Made by a program: the position numbers and the translations under genes. From a virus (lineage: Duplodnaviria > Caudoviricetes), in IMG/VR virus record IMGVR_UViG_3300032290_000291, positions 1-40,556 of that record: a stretch of DNA of 40,556 nucleotides; one strand, written 5' to 3'. Of the stretch, positions 36,723 to 40,556 are shown in pieces (position 1 is the first letter of the stretch; every line of letters starts with the position of its first letter). Under the pieces are notes generated by a model. It did not search any database. It was given only the letters and a program-made list of their open reading frames with translations, and had not been told where the DNA came from.

Positions 36723-36724
36723 CA

Positions 36725-36820
36725 CTATGGGCGTAGTGAGGACTTATTAATAGCTACACCCTTGCAGCAATCTGCGTATGATTCACAGTCCTGTGTTGGG
36801 CAACCTGTTCTACAAGCCAT
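36725..36820 (-). CDS. 31-aa five-Cys peptide paralogous to 35381..35647, not in the ORF track
   Basis: MACRTGCPTQDCESYADCCKGVAINKSSLRP; TAATG coupling; first 11 aa identical to the paralog with six synonymous codon differences. Confidence 0.75.
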   Translation of the reverse strand: MACRTGCPTQDCESYADCCKGVAINKSSLRP

Positions 36821-37011
36821 TACCATTTTCCTATCGGACAAGTTGCTAATTCAAGCTTTACTTTTTGATTCATAATACATCCACACTCTTTACATATTCC
36901 AGCAATTAAAGAAGGACAGTTGTAACAAATAGAAAGTCTATCAGTAGCAACTTCATCTATACTTCTTGGATACTTATTTTTATTTAATAGATGCCATGGC
37001 TTACTTGTCAT
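36820..37011 (-). CDS. Cys-rich small protein (DUF6171-like), 63 aa
   Basis: RLSICYNCP...CKECGC...K......CPIGKW; start moved to ATG 37011. Confidence 0.75.
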   Translation of the reverse strand: MTSKPWHLLNKNKYPRSIDEVATDRLSICYNCPSLIAGICKECGCIMNQKVKLELATCPIGKW

Positions 37012-37021
37012 TTTTATTTTT

Positions 37022-37525
37022 TTACCATCTTTGATCTGGACAAGTAGCGTGAGGATTAGTGTGTAAAGTTTTACCTGGACAACTACATTTAGAACAAGTT
37101 GTAGTTTCTGGAACCCAGAATGGACACTCAAGACAAATAAGTACACGGCTTTCAATGGTTATTGAGTTCTTGTAATATGGTTCTATTTCCCACTTAAAAG
37201 TATCTTCATTCCAAAAGTATGGAAGTGGTTGCCATTCTACTGGTTCTGGTAATGGAGCTTCCCATTTTCCAGTTTCTAAATTTAATGTCCAAGATGCGTA
37301 GGGTTTATCAGCAAGAAACATATCCAACTCTTGGTCATATTTCATTCCTGCATTAGCGTAATTTCCACGTATGTTTCCATTATAGGAAGTACGCAAGCAA
37401 CGCTTGCTATATTCTTCAGAGTAATACTCTTCAGGACTTTTGCCGTCTATAAGATTGTTTTCATCTTCTCCAACAAATACCTGTACAACAATATTGTTTT
37501 CATCAAGTAGTGCATAATGAGCCAT
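37022..37525 (-). CDS. Fibre-associated protein with a fused Cys-rich (DUF6171-like) C-terminus, 167 aa
   Basis: MAHYALLDENNIVVQV...TSYN..IRGNYA...KPYASW...WEAP, then RVLICLECP...CSKCSC...CPDQRW. Confidence 0.7.
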   Translation of the reverse strand: MAHYALLDENNIVVQVFVGEDENNLIDGKSPEEYYSEEYSKRCLRTSYNGNIRGNYANAGMKYDQELDMFLADKPYASWTLNLETGKWEAPLPEPVEWQPLPYFWNEDTFKWEIEPYYKNSITIESRVLICLECPFWVPETTTCSKCSCPGKTLHTNPHATCPDQRW

Positions 37526-37527
37526 AA

Positions 37528-38223
37528 TTAAGTTACCAAATCTCCGTTAGCCGTAAATGTATGATAAGTATATCCACCTGATGAAGTGATTGTACCACCA
37601 GTTCCTTTTTGTGCACCAAGGTAACGAACTATAACAATACCAGAACCACCAGTAGCATTACCACCAGCACCATTACCAGTATTAGCAGTACCATTAGAAG
37701 CACCAGTACAGTTATTCATTCCACGTCCACCAGAGGCATAAACAGTTCCAAGTGATTTCCAGTTAAAACCACCTCCACCATTTCCGTGGGTAGAACATCC
37801 AGCAGCAGCACTGCCACCTCCAGTGGCACCACCACCACCGCCTCCTGCAGCACAACAAGCGGTACAAAAAGCACCGCCGCCTCCGCCGTGACCATTTCCA
37901 GAAGTTCCACCAACAATACCTGATGAACTATATCCACCAACTGCAGTGTATCCAAATGCAGTGCTAGAACCAGCCCTAGCAGCATATGAACCAGCACCAA
38001 TAGTTATTGGGTATGTTTGAGCCAGACCAATGGTGATACTTAAATCTTGTGTCTGACCACTTCCACCACCGCCAGAGTAACAGCCGTCACCACTACCTCC
38101 GCCCCCGCCTCCAACTATTAAAAGTTCAGCAGCAAAAGAAGTGGATGAAGACTGGTCCCAGACTTTACTTCCTTTTGGAGTTCCCTGAGCAATGGTTGAT
38201 TTACTTACTTGACGTACAGCCAT
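37528..38223 (-). CDS. Glycine-rich fibre/adhesin domain protein, 231 aa
   Basis: LLIVGGGGGG, GTANTGNGAGG, GGSGIVIVRY and GGTITSSGGYTYHTFT motifs. Confidence 0.78.
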   Translation of the reverse strand: MAVRQVSKSTIAQGTPKGSKVWDQSSSTSFAAELLIVGGGGGGSGDGCYSGGGGSGQTQDLSITIGLAQTYPITIGAGSYAARAGSSTAFGYTAVGGYSSSGIVGGTSGNGHGGGGGAFCTACCAAGGGGGGATGGGSAAAGCSTHGNGGGGFNWKSLGTVYASGGRGMNNCTGASNGTANTGNGAGGNATGGSGIVIVRYLGAQKGTGGTITSSGGYTYHTFTANGDLVT

Positions 38224-38552
38224 TAGGTAATCTCCGTACCGTAGATTCCAAACGATAGGTTGGCACTTAATGCATAAACAGTAATTACATCTGTTGTTGC
38301 TAAGGTTACGCCAATAGTTAGAACAGTTGTATCGTTTGCAGCAATAGCAACATCATACGCCAAGTAATGTAGATTTGCTAAAGTAGCACCTCCAGGACGA
38401 ACAGAAATTCGGTAAGAACTAGCACTAGTACCACGATTAGCCACAGTAATAGTTGAAACTACTGCTTGCTTACCAGCACCTACGGTGTAGATATCTGTAG
38501 AGGTTGTAGCGGAAGGTGCGCTTTGTGCAAGCACCTTATATGTAAATGCCAT
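38223..38552 (-). CDS. Small beta-sandwich fibre-associated protein, 109 aa
   Basis: YKVLAQSAPSA...STITVANR...FGIYGTEIT; between the collagen and Gly-rich genes. Confidence 0.68.
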   Translation of the reverse strand: MAFTYKVLAQSAPSATTSTDIYTVGAGKQAVVSTITVANRGTSASSYRISVRPGGATLANLHYLAYDVAIAANDTTVLTIGVTLATTDVITVYALSANLSFGIYGTEIT

Positions 38553-38553
38553 G

Positions 38554-39305
<752 letters not shown>

Positions 39306-39306
<1 letters not shown>

Positions 39307-39644
39307 TATCTTGTTACCTCTGGTGTCACTGCGAATCTACCTTCTAATAATCTATAAACTTCTCCGCTACTTGATTCAACTTCTAGATCGTATAACCATC
39401 TACCAGGTGGGACAGTAGCCATAACTGAAGCAGAAACTGTAACTGATATTACTCCAACACTTGAAAGAGTTATATTTGTTGGGGAAGTTAAGTCTAGTAA
39501 TTTTGTTGAATTACTAAATGAGCGTCTAACTTGCATCCTTCCAGAGTAACCAGTTAGGTTCCAAGGAGTACCATCATTTGAGACGGTAAATGTTTTTGAA
39601 AATGTTGCACCCTGTTTGGCTACAATGTTGTACTTACCACTCAT
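39306..39644 (-). CDS. Ig-like fibre-attachment protein (BppU-N-like), 112 aa
   Basis: QGATF...[13 protein letters not shown]...YDLEV...[15 protein letters not shown]. Confidence 0.68.
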
Positions 39645-39871
39645 AGTTCATCCTTAAGATGTAATGTAATGTGTTCATCTAAACGCTTTTCAATTCTGTC
39701 TACTGTACGAGCAATGTCTGGAAGACTTCTACCACCATTAGCCGTAGGCTGGATAGGATGTGTCAGTTCTTTAATGTAAGATTTTAATGGAGTTACAATA
39801 ATCCATTTGCCTATTAATGCAATAATACCCAGTGATAACGATACAACAGTCAATGATTCTAACAATGTCAT
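39641..39871 (-). CDS. Single-TM coiled-coil protein, 76 aa
   Basis: Hydrophobic N-terminus; NGGRSLPD...RIEKRLDEH. Confidence 0.65.
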   Translation of the reverse strand: MTLLESLTVVSLSLGIIALIGKWIIVTPLKSYIKELTHPIQPTANGGRSLPDIARTVDRIEKRLDEHITLHLKDEL

Positions 39872-40119
39872 GTTGTAATCACCGTGTAGCCCACTGATTC
39901 AAGAGCTGCTTTTTCAGTAGCATTAACAACGTACTCATGTCCACCAAGATAAACTAGATCAGCAAGATCTAAATCATCTTGTGCTGGAAATCTATCTTCA
40001 TAGAACTCACCATCAAGACGGTAGACAGTTACACCTTGTTTGCGTGTGTAACGAGCAAATAGGTGGTTTCCACCCATAGGTCCTTCGTTCTCTACTGGTG
40101 GTACAAATAGGTATGGCAT
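39868..40119 (-). CDS. Virion-module protein after the capsid gene, 83 aa
   Basis: AAGGA SD; YLGGHEY...LESVGY. Confidence 0.7.
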   Translation of the reverse strand: MPYLFVPPVENEGPMGGNHLFARYTRKQGVTVYRLDGEFYEDRFPAQDDLDLADLVYLGGHEYVVNATEKAALESVGYTVITT

Positions 40120-40138
40120 TTAAATCCTTTCAGTACCT

Positions 40139-40168
40139 AACAACACCCCCACCTTGTGGGTGGGAGTG
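40139..40168 (-). terminator. Leaky terminator after the capsid gene
   Basis: CACUCCCACC-CACAA-GGUGGGGGUG-UUGUU on the minus strand; the U-G pair forms only in that orientation. Confidence 0.7.
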
Positions 40169-40183
40169 AAGCTAGTTACTAAA

Positions 40184-40556
40184 CTATGCAATGCTTGAGG
40201 ATGACTCAATGCGGTACAACGCTTCGTTACGGTAGATAGCGTGTCCTAGAACACCGTACCAACCGATTGGACGCTGACGCATCAAACGATCTACGACTGG
40301 ACCAATAACCACGTGTGGTTCTTCGGCAACAGCCTCAGCAAGTGCTTGCTGTCCACATAGGAACGTACGGTATACAGAAATGCTTGAAGCACCGTCTGAA
40401 CCCTTACGTAGACGTGGAGATTCAATGAAGTAAGCACCTTCAAACTGACCAATTTCGCCAGCCCAGATTGCATCATTGCTCTGGTACTCGTGCGGGTTAC
40501 GCCACGATGCTGCACCAGTTTCGGCACGAAGATCGTGAGACACTTCTGGGTGAATA
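40184..40556 (-). CDS. Major capsid protein, C-terminal part
   Basis: In frame with 761..1 across the join; GEIGQFEGAYFIES...GQQALAEA...IGWYGVLG. Confidence 0.88.
   Translation of the reverse strand, partial: IHPEVSHDLRAETGAASWRNPHEYQSNDAIWAGEIGQFEGAYFIESPRLRKGSDGASSISVYRTFLCGQQALAEAVAEEPHVVIGPVVDRLMRQRPIGWYGVLGHAIYRNEALYRIESSSSIA
40434..40556. repeat. Terminal overlap, copy 2
   Basis: See 1..123. Confidence 0.97.

Noticed and set aside
40184-40543. Stand-alone 119-aa gene from the ORF track
   Set aside because: It is the C-terminus of the capsid protein; its GTG start is one allele of an internal Val codon.
40434-40556. Biological direct terminal repeat
   Set aside because: It falls mid-capsid gene and has the size of an assembler overlap; the real ends more plausibly lie in 13737-14300.

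Overview
The window is an apparently complete, circularly permuted dsDNA tailed-phage genome of about 40.4 kb. Bases 1-123 repeat at 40434-40556 and the join falls inside the major capsid gene. A WhiB regulator, mycobacteriophage-style replication genes and an AT-rich composition point to a podovirus-like phage of a low-GC, probably freshwater, actinobacterium (inference). Two arms diverge from a non-coding control region at about 13740-14300. The minus-strand arm is late/structural: terminase, portal, large internal virion proteins, scaffold, capsid, a collagen/Gly-rich fibre island with a GT2-TPR glycosyltransferase and Cys-rich micro-proteins, Lys-rich proteins, a 777-aa NADAR-tipped protein, tail adaptor/fibre/nozzle, and a lysis module with an M23 peptidase. 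The plus-strand arm is early/replication: SSB-like, DUF932, WhiB, split Cas4-like nuclease, helicase, resolvase, split primase, DUF1599-like, metallophosphoesterase and sigma factor. The arms converge on a long hairpin at about 25360-25415. I saw no DNA polymerase, RNA polymerase, integrase, tRNA or CRISPR array. Best leads: (1) a probably virion-delivered protein carrying a NADAR domain (candidate anti-DarT counter-defence); (2) a BclA/SgtA-like fibre-glycosylation island bracketed by duplicated MACRTGCPTQD peptides; (3) two candidate regulatory RNA pseudoknots, in the scaffold/capsid leader and the SSB leader; (4) a nuclease whose predicted Fe-S ligands lie on two polypeptides; (5) apparent genome-wide avoidance of CCGG and GGCC. 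All family calls are from motif recognition by eye, not database searches.
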